A DNA stretch of 64,000 bases from Dehalogenimonas sp. Lineage in GTDB: Bacteria > Chloroflexota > Dehalococcoidia > Dehalococcoidales > Dehalococcoidaceae. Both the position numbers and the translations under genes were made by a program. Shown piece after piece: positions 8,189 through 17,140 of this stretch (positions are counted from its first letter, which is position 1; every line of letters starts with the position of its first letter). The notes beneath the pieces were generated by a model. It was given only the letters and a program-made list of their open reading frames with translations, did no database searches and was not told the origin of the DNA. The stretch is taken from assembly GCA_050859015.1 (NCBI GenBank), contig CP139473.1, positions 471,927 to 535,926 of the forward strand, given 5' to 3'.

Positions 8189-11100
8189 CTAATGCCAGTC
8201 CTTTGATGAAGGCGCTTTTTCCAAAGCGGAGAAGGGCCTCACCTCGTTCACCACCACATTGTGGGTGCCTTCACGGCGCGACAGCCTGCCTTTGACCACC
8301 AGGAACGGCGATTTGAACTTATGCTCTTGACGCCCGTAAACCTGGGGGAAGACCATCAGAGGCACGTGGCCGAACTCATCTTCAAGAGTAATAAAGACCA
8401 CTTTACCGCGCGGCCGCTGGCGGCGGATAACCATGCCGGCAGTGGTCACCTCATCGCCATCGCTCAGATGCTCGATATCTTTGCTGGAACTCACCCAGCG
8501 GCTGAACCGGGGTCTCAAAGAGGCCATAATATGACCTGCAGGGAACAGGCCGAGGACGTTGTATTCCTCCTGCATCTTTTCCCACGGGGTGAGCGATGAT
8601 AGTTTCGTCATATCCTGAGCCACAGGAAGAGGCAGGAAGAGTTGGGAGTTGACCGGGCGGTAGCGAAGGCCGATCTCCCATTTGACCTGTCGGCGGTTTG
8701 GCTCCAGTGAATCGAACGCGCCAGCCGCGGCCAATGCCAGAGCCGTCTCCTCGAGTACGCCGCTACGCTCCAAAAAATCACCGACATTTTTAAAAGGCCC
8801 GGATTCGTTTCTGCCCTTAAGGATAGCGCCGGCTGAGGCGGATCCCAGACCGCCGACGTGCAGGAATCCCAGTCGCAGTGCATTGCCTTCGATGACGCTA
8901 ACGTTGGAACTGCGGTTGATATCCGGATTGAGCACGGTCACGCCGTGGCGCCGGGCGTCTTCTTTGAGCGTTTCAAGGTTGTAAAAGCCCATCGGCTGTT
9001 GATTGAAAATGGCGACGAAGAACTCCAGCGGATAGTAGAGTTTCAGCCACGATGCCTGGTAGGCGGTCACGCCAAAGGCGAAGGCATGGGATTCCGGGAA
9101 CATGTACTGGCCGTTGAATTTATCCCAGATGGCCTCGGCGGCAGTCTCGCCGACACCTCGGGCGGCAGCGCCTTCCATGAACTGCTTATGATAGTGGCTG
9201 AGCAATGTCTCGTTATGATGGCGGCCGAAGGCGCGACGGAGCTGATCGGCGGCGAGTGGGGAAAAGCCGGCGACGTCGATGGCCAACTGGTTGACCTGAT
9301 CCTGGAAGAGAATGACGCCATGGGTACGCTCAAGGGAACGTCGTTCAAGATCATGGTCATATCTAATTTTGTTTTTCTTACTTCGCCTGGCGAGATACTC
9401 CTGGACGCCGCCGTTAACGCCGACGCCCGGGCGCACTGCCGCCACCTCGTGGGCCATATCCAGCAGATTCCGAGGACGCAGGCGGGTGATGGTCTGCATC
9501 TGGGCGGCTGATTCTACCTGGAAGATGCCGATGGTATCGCCTTTACCGAGTATGTCATAGACCCTCTGGTCGTCGAAGTCGATGCGGGACATGTCGATGC
9601 GTTGCCCAGTGCGTTTCTTGATCAGTTCGACCGCTTCCTGCATCTGAGACAGGGCGCCGAGGGCCAGGAAGTCGATCTTAACGAAGCCTGCGTCGTCGAT
9701 GCTGTCTTTGTCCCACTGGCAGACATAGCGGCCGTCGATGGCGCCGCGCTGAACTGGCACGATGTCGGTCAATGGATCGGTGGAGATGATCATGCCGCCG
9801 GGGTGCTGCCCCATGTACTTCGGGAAGCCGTCCAACTCAGCGGCAAGTTCGATGAGGTCGCGCCAAACCGGTGAATCTATTTTGTCCCGGAAATGGGGGC
9901 TCTTTTCCATCTGGGCTCCGAGCCGCCGGGCACTGCCCCAATTGACGTGCTTGGAAAGCTGGTCGACCTCCTCCAGCGGCAGTCCCAGTGCCTTGCCCAG
10001 GTCGCGGACAGCGCCCTTGATCTGGTAAGTAGCAATGGTTCCGGCCAGGGCGGCGTTACGCCAGCCCCACTTGCCGTGCGTCCGCAGAATGAGGTCTTCA
10101 CGGATGGAGCGTGGGAAGTCCAGGTCTATGTCCGGCACACAGCCCATGGCATCTTCCGGCAGAAAGCGTTCCAGGGACAGTTTGTACTTGAGCGGGTCGA
10201 TGTGCGACAGGCCGATGAGGTAGCCGATGAGGAGGGCCACAGAGGAGCCGCGGCCGCGGCCGGGCGGGTTCTCCTCAAGGGTCAGCGAAGGGTCGGACAA
10301 CCCCTGGTCGATCATAGCCTCACGCCCCAGGGTGATGACATCGCGGTAGAGGAGTAGGAAACCGGCCAGCTTATGCTTCCTAATCAGCCGGAACTCCTCG
10401 TCCAGGCGTGACTTAACCTCGAGGGTAATAGCGCCGTAGCGCCGCACCGCGGCATCAAGGCACAGTTTTTCCAGGAAGCTATCCGGGGTAAAACCATCCG
10501 GCACCGGGTAGTCCGGGAAGGTGTAGCCGGAATCCTGCGTCAGGTCGAAGCGGCAGCGCTCGGCGATCTTCACGGTGTTGGTCAAGGCGTCGGGGCAACC
10601 TTCGAATATGGCCTCGATCTCGGCTACCGAGCGCATGTAGAACTCGGAGTTGGGCCGCCGCTCCCGGTGACTCCCCTCCAGGCTCTGGCAGGCCTTCACC
10701 GCCACCAGGCAGTCCTGCAGGCGGTGGCGCTCCCGGACATGGTAATGGACGTTGCCGGTGGCGACGACCTGGACGCCGCATTCGCGGGCCAGGGCGACGA
10801 GCGCCTTGTTGCGGGCACGATCGCCGTAGACCTGATTGCTCTGTAACTCGATGAAATAGTTATCGCTGCCGAACCAGCCAAGGTACTGCCGGATGAGATG
10901 GCGAGCCTCTTCGAGCTTTCCACCCTCGACGAGTTGAGAAAGTTCGCCCTTGGGGCATCCGGATAAACAAATCAGCCCTGCCGCATGTTCGCCGATGATC
11001 TCCGGCGGCAGTTCGGGATTGAGCCGGTCGGGAGCTTCGTGGGCGGCGGTGATGAGGCGGCAGAGGTTGCGGTAGCCTTCCCGGTTCTCGGCCAGGAAGG

Positions 11101-11326
11101 TCAGGTGGTAGCCGCCCTTCAGGGTGATCTCGGCTCCAATGATGCCTGGGAATTCCAGCGATTTCGACAGGTGGGCGTAGCGCATGGCGCCGCAGAGATT
11201 GTCGTGGTCGGTGACGGCCAGTGCAGTGTACCCCAGTTCCTTCGAACTGGTAAGCAGTTCCTCCAGCGATGAAGCGCCGTCGTGGAAAGAGTAGTAGCTG
11301 TGGCAGTGAAGTTCAGCGTAAGGCAT
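8189..11326 (-). CDS. dnaE2: Error-prone DNA polymerase III alpha-type subunit DnaE2
   Basis: PHP domain start MPYAELHCHSYYSFHDGAS, a Pol III alpha core and an OB-fold C-terminus. At about 1045 aa it is shorter than a replicative DnaE, and it sits directly downstream of an imuB-like gene. I place the start at the ATG at 11326. The 42-codon extension in the ORF track overlaps the small upstream ORF. Confidence 0.9.
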   Translation of the reverse strand: MPYAELHCHSYYSFHDGASSLEELLTSSKELGYTALAVTDHDNLCGAMRYAHLSKSLEFPGIIGAEITLKGGYHLTFLAENREGYRNLCRLITAAHEAPDRLNPELPPEIIGEHAAGLICLSGCPKGELSQLVEGGKLEEARHLIRQYLGWFGSDNYFIELQSNQVYGDRARNKALVALARECGVQVVATGNVHYHVRERHRLQDCLVAVKACQSLEGSHRERRPNSEFYMRSVAEIEAIFEGCPDALTNTVKIAERCRFDLTQDSGYTFPDYPVPDGFTPDSFLEKLCLDAAVRRYGAITLEVKSRLDEEFRLIRKHKLAGFLLLYRDVITLGREAMIDQGLSDPSLTLEENPPGRGRGSSVALLIGYLIGLSHIDPLKYKLSLERFLPEDAMGCVPDIDLDFPRSIREDLILRTHGKWGWRNAALAGTIATYQIKGAVRDLGKALGLPLEEVDQLSKHVNWGSARRLGAQMEKSPHFRDKIDSPVWRDLIELAAELDGFPKYMGQHPGGMIISTDPLTDIVPVQRGAIDGRYVCQWDKDSIDDAGFVKIDFLALGALSQMQEAVELIKKRTGQRIDMSRIDFDDQRVYDILGKGDTIGIFQVESAAQMQTITRLRPRNLLDMAHEVAAVRPGVGVNGGVQEYLARRSKKNKIRYDHDLERRSLERTHGVILFQDQVNQLAIDVAGFSPLAADQLRRAFGRHHNETLLSHYHKQFMEGAAARGVGETAAEAIWDKFNGQYMFPESHAFAFGVTAYQASWLKLYYPLEFFVAIFNQQPMGFYNLETLKEDARRHGVTVLNPDINRSSNVSVIEGNALRLGFLHVGGLGSASAGAILKGRNESGPFKNVGDFLERSGVLEETALALAAAGAFDSLEPNRRQVKWEIGLRYRPVNSQLFLPLPVAQDMTKLSSLTPWEKMQEEYNVLGLFPAGHIMASLRPRFSRWVSSSKDIEHLSDGDEVTTAGMVIRRQRPRGKVVFITLEDEFGHVPLMVFPQVYGRQEHKFKSPFLVVKGRLSRREGTHNVVVNEVRPFSALEKAPSSKDWH

Positions 11327-11334
11327 TGAATAAC

Positions 11335-11619
11335 CTAATAGCTCTGGTGATACCATTTGCCGTCGACAAGGTCCTTGAAGAGAGTCAGCCGCCGACCGTT
11401 GCCCAGGATGACGGCGTAGTACATCCGCGACAGGGGGCGCGCCCGCCACCACTCATCGTCAAGGCGCCAGACGTCATCGATGACAGCTATAGAAAGACGT
11501 CGACCTAGGGTCACGACCGCCGGTCGGCCGGCGGCGTCTTCATCGACAGCAATGGGTTCGGGCAGGTTTACCGGTTTAAGGGTATCAGCGTGAAGCGTCT
11601 TTCCGGTATCCGTGACCAT
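11335..11619 (-). CDS. Small conserved-looking protein (94 aa) between imuB-like and dnaE2, function unknown
   Basis: The ORF ends 8 nt before the dnaE2 start and overlaps the imuB-like 3' end by 52 nt in another frame. The Trp/Arg-rich sequence (VIDDVWRLDDEWWRARPLSRMYYAVILGNGRRLTLFKDLVDGKWY) does not look like an antisense or frame artefact. Confidence 0.5.
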   Translation of the reverse strand: MVTDTGKTLHADTLKPVNLPEPIAVDEDAAGRPAVVTLGRRLSIAVIDDVWRLDDEWWRARPLSRMYYAVILGNGRRLTLFKDLVDGKWYHQSY

Positions 11620-12746
11620 GGCTCGACCTCTTTGATTTTGAATAATTGCGGCGCGCCCAGTTTTAGTTCCAATTGCTTGATATCGCCGGCCAGTTTCTCA
11701 CCCGATCTGACCTCGGTGAAGATGCTGCTCTGGCGTCCGTCCGGGTGGCCGATGCGGGTGATCTTCATGCCCAGTTCCTCCACGGGACCGGGCTGGGGGC
11801 AAAACTCCATGACCTGGCGGATGCGGGTGAGGGCGGCCTTGATGCTCATTGCGGGCTCTTTAAAGTGGACCGCCTTCTGCCAGTGCTCGGACAGGCTGGT
11901 GTGGCTCCAGAGTTCGACGCAGCGGATGCCGGCGCCGCGGTGGCCGAAGCGGGCGAAGGCGCGGGAAAGGAGCGATTCGATGGCCATGAGCATGATATCC
12001 AGCGACTCCGTGGCTGAGGGCAGGCTGGTACTCTCCTCGATGAGTTCCTCCGACATACGGGGGTAGAGCAGTGTATCGTCGTAACCGGCGGCCAGTTCGC
12101 CGATGCGCTTGCCCTCGGGGCCGAATTGGGCTTCCAGCTTAGAAATTTGAATTTCAGCGACCTTGCCAAGAGTGTGCAGGCCGAAATCGTGGAGTCTCAT
12201 CTTGCTCTTGAGCGACACCGGCAGCAGGTCGCAGGACAGGTCTTTGAAGTAGGCGGCGGCGTCGCCCTGAATTGTTTTATAACCATCTGATTTGCTGTCG
12301 AGGGCGGCAAGATAGGCGGGAAACTTGCCCCCGGCGATGCCCAGGCGGGCCTCGAAGCCATCGGGGAGGGACTTGCGCACCGCAGCAGCAAGGTCGTCAT
12401 CGTTAGGGTAGAGCATCTCCAGGCCGTCGCAGCCGATGTAGATGTCGCCGAGGGCGCTGCCCTCGACGAGGGGGCTGACCTTCTCCAGGGCGTCCAGCAC
12501 GCCGTTGAAAAGGCTCCAGTAGTGCGCCATGTCGGCGTGGAGGAGTTCCATCTCGCCGTGGCGCGAGAGGGCCTGCTGGAGGGGCATGTCTCGCTCGAGG
12601 CCTTTGAGATCAGGGGAGTAGTCCAGAAGCAGCTTCTGAGAGCCAACGGAGTAGGTGACCGCGGCGGGGCGGCCGGCCAGTTCGGGCTTCTTCAGTATCT
12701 CGCACCTCAGAGGGAAGTGCGGCAGGAGTACACACAACAGCTTCAC
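11568..12746 (-). CDS. imuB: ImuB-like catalytically inactive Y-family DNA polymerase
   Basis: Y-family (IMS) architecture whose N-terminus LLCVLLPHFPLRCE lacks the catalytic Asp/Glu found in DinB-type enzymes. Its position directly upstream of dnaE2 is typical of the imuB-dnaE2 mutasome. GTG start with an AGAGGA RBS. Confidence 0.8.
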   Translation of the reverse strand: MKLLCVLLPHFPLRCEILKKPELAGRPAAVTYSVGSQKLLLDYSPDLKGLERDMPLQQALSRHGEMELLHADMAHYWSLFNGVLDALEKVSPLVEGSALGDIYIGCDGLEMLYPNDDDLAAAVRKSLPDGFEARLGIAGGKFPAYLAALDSKSDGYKTIQGDAAAYFKDLSCDLLPVSLKSKMRLHDFGLHTLGKVAEIQISKLEAQFGPEGKRIGELAAGYDDTLLYPRMSEELIEESTSLPSATESLDIMLMAIESLLSRAFARFGHRGAGIRCVELWSHTSLSEHWQKAVHFKEPAMSIKAALTRIRQVMEFCPQPGPVEELGMKITRIGHPDGRQSSIFTEVRSGEKLAGDIKQLELKLGAPQLFKIKEVEPWSRIPERRFTLIPLNR

Positions 12747-12886
12747 ATCATCCTCTAATATTGTTTAATTGTTATTCATATGCATGAATCGACTGGAACG
12801 ACTCTATTTTGACGTTCATTTTTCGTCGAAAGGCAAAAACGAAAATGAAACAAATCCCGTTATAATCACTTTGAACCCTCCCCTGG

Positions 12887-12973
12887 CCCCTTCCCTCCGG
12901 CTCGTCCCTCGCCGCGGGAAGGGGAAAATGTTTTCAAGAGGTTTTGGCTCGCAGCCCGCTTGCCAAAACCTCT
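12887..12973. repeat. Two adjacent REP-like hairpins in the imuB leader
   Basis: CCCCTTCCC (12887-12895) pairs with GGGAAGGGG (12916-12924). AGAGGTTTTGGC (12937-12948) pairs with GCCAAAACCTCT (12962-12973) around a 13-nt loop. Confidence 0.5.
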
Positions 12974-13033
12974 GACCGGGGCACCACTCCACCGAAAAGG
13001 CTCTGTCCAAGTTTCCTTTGACCTTAACATTTT

Positions 13034-13096
13034 AGAACGAGGGTGTTCTAACTCAGGTGTTCTAATATTATAGTAGAACCATTGTTCATTTGTCAA
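13034..13096 (-). promoter_or_regulatory. Sigma-70-type promoter with a LexA (Cheo-type GAAC-N4-GTTC) box in its spacer, directed toward imuB-dnaE2
   Basis: On the minus strand: TTGACA (13096-13091), an 18-nt spacer, then TATAAT (13072-13067). The spacer contains GAACAATGGTTC (13087-13076). A second palindrome, AGAACACCCTCGTTCT (13049-13034, GAAC-N6-GTTC), lies just downstream of the predicted start site. Confidence 0.6.
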
Positions 13097-13208
13097 GGGG
13101 GGAGACGTTTGTGAGATAGTGAGAACCGTCGCATAATTATTCAAGGGTACGGTGCAACCGGGCACCTAGATTCTTCACTTCGTTCAGAATGACAAAAGAG
13201 GAGAATGC

Positions 13209-14033
13209 TTGAAAAATAAATATGAACTGATCGTCATCGACATGGACGGGACCATCGTCGATGCTCATGGCAATATCTCTAACGCTGATAAAATCTCCAT
13301 CGCCGAAGCTCGAACCCTGGGTATCAGGGTTGCCCTTTCCACGGGAAGGGTCGTCGATGCGTGTCACAAATACATCGCTGAGCTGGGGCTTGACGGAGTC
13401 CACATCTTTTTTGACGGCGCCCTGGTATATGATCCGAGCCGCAAGGACACGATCTACTCCCAACCGATAAAAACCGAAACCCTGAAAGAAGCCGTCGCCT
13501 TCGCTCGCCAGAACAACATCTATCTCGAGCTTTACGCCATCGACCGTTATTTTGTCGAAGAGATCAACTGGGCGGACAAAATACACCGGGAGTTTTTCGG
13601 GCTGCACAGCACGTTAGCCAATTTCGATGACATCGCCGGCAAGGAAACCATCATAAAATGTGAATTGATGGTTCACAACGACGGAGAGGAAGCCAAATAT
13701 CAACGTTTCATGGAGCATTTTCAGGGGCAATTACGAGGCTCGATTGCGCGGACGCCGGCATACCCAGATGTCCGTTTCGTGAACGTTGTCGATCCGAGAG
13801 TTTCCAAGGGGTCAGCCCTCGAAAAGCTGGCAGAGCATTTTGATATCGATCTGGACAAGGTGATGGCGATCGGGGACGGCACCAATGATATACCGCTCCT
13901 CGAAAAGGCAGGCCTAAAGATCGCTATGGGCAACGCCCGGGATGAACTGAAGAGCATCGCGGACTACGTTACCAAGCCGGTGGATGAGTCCGGCGTGGCG
14001 GCGGCGATAGATAAATTCATACTGGGCGGGTGA
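13209..14033 (+). CDS. Cof-type HAD-IIB phosphatase
   Basis: LIVIDMDGTIVD (motif I DxDGT), STGR, and the C-terminal GDGTNDIPLL motif. TTG start with an AGGAG RBS about 8 nt upstream. Confidence 0.9.
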   Translation: MKNKYELIVIDMDGTIVDAHGNISNADKISIAEARTLGIRVALSTGRVVDACHKYIAELGLDGVHIFFDGALVYDPSRKDTIYSQPIKTETLKEAVAFARQNNIYLELYAIDRYFVEEINWADKIHREFFGLHSTLANFDDIAGKETIIKCELMVHNDGEEAKYQRFMEHFQGQLRGSIARTPAYPDVRFVNVVDPRVSKGSALEKLAEHFDIDLDKVMAIGDGTNDIPLLEKAGLKIAMGNARDELKSIADYVTKPVDESGVAAAIDKFILGG

Positions 14034-14080
14034 AACCGGGCGAGGTCGCCTCGCCCTACGATGGAATAGACGGAGGGCAC

Positions 14081-14290
14081 ATGAAATTTCGGATAGTCGT
14101 CGAAAAGGACCCTGAAACGAAAGAATTTTCGGCCTACTGCCCCGAACTGCCTGGTTGCAACAGTTGCGGGATGACCGAAGAAGAGGCGGTCGCCAATGCC
14201 ACCGAGGCCATCAAGTTGTACCTTGAGCCATCGGATATCAGCAAGACATGCACCGGCAAAGTCTGCGAGGTCGAGGTGAACCTGGATTGA
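14081..14290 (+). CDS. hicB: HicB-family antitoxin (UPF0150 fold)
   Basis: MKFRIVVEKDPETKEFSAYCPELPGCNSCGMTEEEAVANATEAIKLYLE is a textbook HicB N-terminal domain. ATG at 14081 with a GGAGGG RBS. Confidence 0.85.
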   Translation: MKFRIVVEKDPETKEFSAYCPELPGCNSCGMTEEEAVANATEAIKLYLEPSDISKTCTGKVCEVEVNLD

Positions 14291-14517
14291 CTTCTCACAT
14301 CCCCCACGAGACGGCTGAAACGGTGGGCAGGGTCCTCGAGCATCACGGTTTTGTTCTTATTGCTCAACGCGGCAGCCATCAGAAGTGGCGATCCTGCGTG
14401 ATTTCCAAAGAATGCAGGCAGGTGATAGTGCCTTTTCACCAGGGCCATGATCTGCCCACGGGCACGATGAAAAGCATCATCGAAGGCAGCGGATTGCCGC
14501 CGGCAGTGTTTGGTTAA
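14287..14517 (+). CDS. hicA: HicA-family mRNA interferase toxin
   Basis: VLEHHGFVLIAQRGSHQKW...VPFHQGHDLPTGTMKSIIEGSGL matches the HicA dsRBD-like motif with its catalytic His. The TTG start at 14287 overlaps the hicB stop. Confidence 0.8.
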   Translation: MTSHIPHETAETVGRVLEHHGFVLIAQRGSHQKWRSCVISKECRQVIVPFHQGHDLPTGTMKSIIEGSGLPPAVFG

Positions 14518-14536
14518 TTGATCGTGCGGGCGGATA

Positions 14537-14746
14537 TCAGGAGTTGGCTTCCTCGAAAAGCTGCCAGGCTAAACGTTCGACGTCTTCTCTTTTGAATCTC
14601 CGGTCCCCCCGGTTAGAGATTCGCCAGTATTCGATTTTGCCCTGGTCGCCCCACCGCCTCAGCGTGCTTTTGGAAACGCTGAGGAGTTGACTGGCCGTGC
14701 GAACGTTGAGCAGGTGGCCTTCAGGGATTGTTTGTACAGCGCTCAT
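14537..14746 (-). CDS. MerR/excisionase-family helix-turn-helix DNA-binding protein
   Basis: LLNVRTASQLLSVSKSTLRRWGDQGKIEYWRISNRGDRRFKREDVERL is an HTH_17/Xis-type motif. Confidence 0.75.
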   Translation of the reverse strand: MSAVQTIPEGHLLNVRTASQLLSVSKSTLRRWGDQGKIEYWRISNRGDRRFKREDVERLAWQLFEEANS

Positions 14747-15245
14747 ACCCTTATTAACGGGAAATGAGGAAAAATGTCAGCGGAGGTTCGACGCTCATAC
14801 TCTGACGTCCCTTAATGAACAAAAACCGACAGAGACAGTCCAGTGAAAGCGCAAAAACGTTAAATGAGATGTAACCTTTGGGGGTAGAAAGATTGAGGTA
14901 CTTTGGAGAAGAATTGACTGAAAAAAAGGGGCCCCAGGTAACCTTTGCCCCCTAAGTAGAATCTACCGGACTCTCTGAACAGAACCTACGAAGTTTTCAA
15001 AAACACCAGCAAGGATCAACCCTGATTTTGTTTAGTTTACCTTCGAGATGTCCGGTCAGGTCATTGCCTAGCAGCCGTTCTCATTGCATTGGTTACCTGG
15101 GACAATTCAATAATCCCACGATTGTTGACCGGTGTCAAGGCCATTGGGGGATATTTAGAGGCGGATGATGGTCGTAATAACCTTGTCTATTCAGCACGGA
15201 AAAGCGTCGGAACGAACATCATGAGCTAACGCAAAACGGGATGCC

Positions 15246-15530
15246 TTATGGACAGTCAGGGCAAGGTATCCAACCTTCGCCATGGCATTGAGGACACGGA
15301 TAGGGCTCAAAGCCGCTGTTGATGGTGCCGCTCATGCACCTTCGGATTGGGACGGGGTTTTTGCTATTAGGGCACCTGACGCGCCGCTGGTTGTTACAGG
15401 TGGGACAAATACGACCACCGGACCCGGTGCGTGATGGCGGAGGAGCTAGGAACGCAATTTCACAGCCGCACCGGCGGCAAGTCCGGTCATTTTCTCCTAC
15501 ACTTGCGCGGCATTGTGGACAATAAGCCAT
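15246..15530 (-). CDS. Cys-rich zinc-ribbon / DnaJ-type zinc-finger protein, function unknown
   Basis: CPQC...CRRCG, CPTC...RCP and CPQCHGEGWIPCPDC (a CXXCXGXG-like pair). Confidence 0.55.
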   Translation of the reverse strand: MAYCPQCRASVGENDRTCRRCGCEIAFLAPPPSRTGSGGRICPTCNNQRRVRCPNSKNPVPIRRCMSGTINSGFEPYPCPQCHGEGWIPCPDCP

Positions 15531-15589
15531 CTCAATTCCTCTTGAACCGGTATCCGCCAGTATATCGATTTCTGTCTAAGGAATTCCAA

Positions 15590-16516
15590 TTACCTTAGGT
15601 TGGCGTCGAAAAAATCGGCGACCATTTTGTAAATTTCCGGCAGACTCGGCGAAATTGCGCCGCCGGCAGGCGCGAAACTGTGACCCGCATTTTTCACGAC
15701 GACCAGGGTGGCAGGGACTTTGGCGGCGATCAACCGGTCGTAAAAGCCTTGAGATTGAGCTGGTGGCACCACGATGTCTTGACCGCCCTGCATTATAAGG
15801 AACGGCGGATCGCCTGTAGCCACGTAGCTTACAGGACTATATTTATCCAGGGTCTTTGAATCCGAATCTCCGAAGATGGCGGCGGTGGCGAAAAACGGAG
15901 CTCCTGCAAAAAGGGCCTTCAGATCCTCCGGACCGTAGAGGTCAACGACTGCTCTCACTTTGCTGGACTGGTCCAGCCAGCCGCCGGTGCCTTCAAACTG
16001 GCTGACGCCGGTGGTGACTCCGAGCAATGACACCAGGTGCCCGCCGGCGCTTGCGCCCATTGCCCCAATCCGAGCCGGATCGATACCATAATCGGTAGCC
16101 TTTGCACGGAGGAATCGGACGGCGCATTTCACATCCTCTATTGGGGCCGGGAATTTGTAGGTCGGGGCCAAACGGTAGTTGATCGAGGCCACTAAATATC
16201 CGCGGGAGGTAAGTTCGCCGGTATAACCAGGGGGTATCTCATTTTTATCGCCGCCAACCCAACCGCCGCCATGAACATAGATAATCGCTGGTACGGGCCC
16301 GGTGGCTGCCTTGGGATAATAGACATCCATTCGTAAAGCAATGATGCCTCCGGTACCAAACACGACGTCCATGTCCACGGTTCCGAGTTTCTCGGGATTG
16401 ACAGTGGTCAATGCAGAATCCGTGGTCGAGGGTGAAACCTGGGATTGACCGTTGCAACCGGACAATATAAAGATGAGCTCCAGGACGAAGCTGACGTATT
16501 TGAATCGAGATATCAT
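15590..16516 (-). CDS. Secreted alpha/beta-hydrolase (esterase/lipase, HGGG class) lipoprotein
   Basis: Signal peptide with lipobox (ILSGC), HGGGW oxyanion motif, GASAGG nucleophile elbow and a C-terminal GHSF motif. Confidence 0.9.
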   Translation of the reverse strand: MISRFKYVSFVLELIFILSGCNGQSQVSPSTTDSALTTVNPEKLGTVDMDVVFGTGGIIALRMDVYYPKAATGPVPAIIYVHGGGWVGGDKNEIPPGYTGELTSRGYLVASINYRLAPTYKFPAPIEDVKCAVRFLRAKATDYGIDPARIGAMGASAGGHLVSLLGVTTGVSQFEGTGGWLDQSSKVRAVVDLYGPEDLKALFAGAPFFATAAIFGDSDSKTLDKYSPVSYVATGDPPFLIMQGGQDIVVPPAQSQGFYDRLIAAKVPATLVVVKNAGHSFAPAGGAISPSLPEIYKMVADFFDANLR

Positions 16517-16685
16517 GGTTTTCCAAGAACAAAGGCGAATATTAAAGAAGGCTCTGTAAAGTATATCATGTTCAATCTGAATTTCCGTTTCCGGATCACT
16601 TATAATAAATGGACAGGCTAAAATTTAGGCCCTTAATAACAGGCGTGGTATTCTAAGAATATAGGATCCGACGATACTCACCGGC

Positions 16686-17019
16686 ATACATTTTCTGTTG
16701 ACCTACCGCTGCACTTCGGCCTGCGAGCACTGCTTTCTGTTCGGCAGCCATGATGCCGAGGGCACGTTCACCCTTGCCCAGTTGCGGGTGGCGTTTGAAG
16801 ATCGCAAAGGTCAAATCAATCGACAATGCGTATTTCGAAGGCGGACCGGCGGGGCTGGTGACGCGGTACGGACTGGAATTAGCCTCCGGCCATGCCGATG
16901 CCTGCCACATGTGTTACGAGGCACGGAAACAACTGAGGGCAAGTTGCCAGAGTAACTGGGGCCAGCGGGGGTCTACGGGGCCAGCGATTCGGATTAAAAT
17001 TTTCGGGCAGCCGAGATGA
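16686..17019 (+). pseudogene. Decayed radical SAM gene remnant
   Basis: LTYRCTSACEHC (CX3CX2C) occurs in one frame (ORF 16698..16955). The continuation ...IDNAYFEGG... and the C-terminal CHMCYEARKQLR lie in another frame (ORF 16750..17019). The total length is far too short for an intact enzyme. Confidence 0.5.
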
Positions 17020-17140
17020 TATCGGCTGGTCGCGACACCCGGTAAGTCCTAGTCGTATCCCAACTATTATCCCATTTGGACGTAAGGTTCTCGTGATAAG
17101 GCCTACCCGGTGTGACACTGTCGGCATGGCTTTTGTCCGA

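Noticed and set aside
11327-11452. 42-codon N-terminal extension of dnaE2 in the ORF track
   Set aside because: The PHP domain begins at MPYAELHCHS (ATG at 11326). The extension overlaps the 94-aa ORF and has no homology-like features.
12769-13165. ORFs 12769..12975 (+), 12816..13010 (-) and 12866..13165 (-) in the imuB leader
   Set aside because: They are built from REP-like hairpins and promoter sequence. Their translations (e.g. NPPLAPSLRLVPRRGKGK) are typical repeat-derived pseudo-peptides.
13137-13607. 156-aa minus-strand ORF
   Set aside because: Antisense to the Cof-type HAD phosphatase, which has clear catalytic motifs.
14785-14791. GGTTCGA (T-loop-like) in the ORF-free stretch, as a possible tRNA
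   Set aside because: The flanking sequence does not form a T-arm, acceptor stem or anticodon arm. I found no tRNA-like cloverleaf anywhere in the window.
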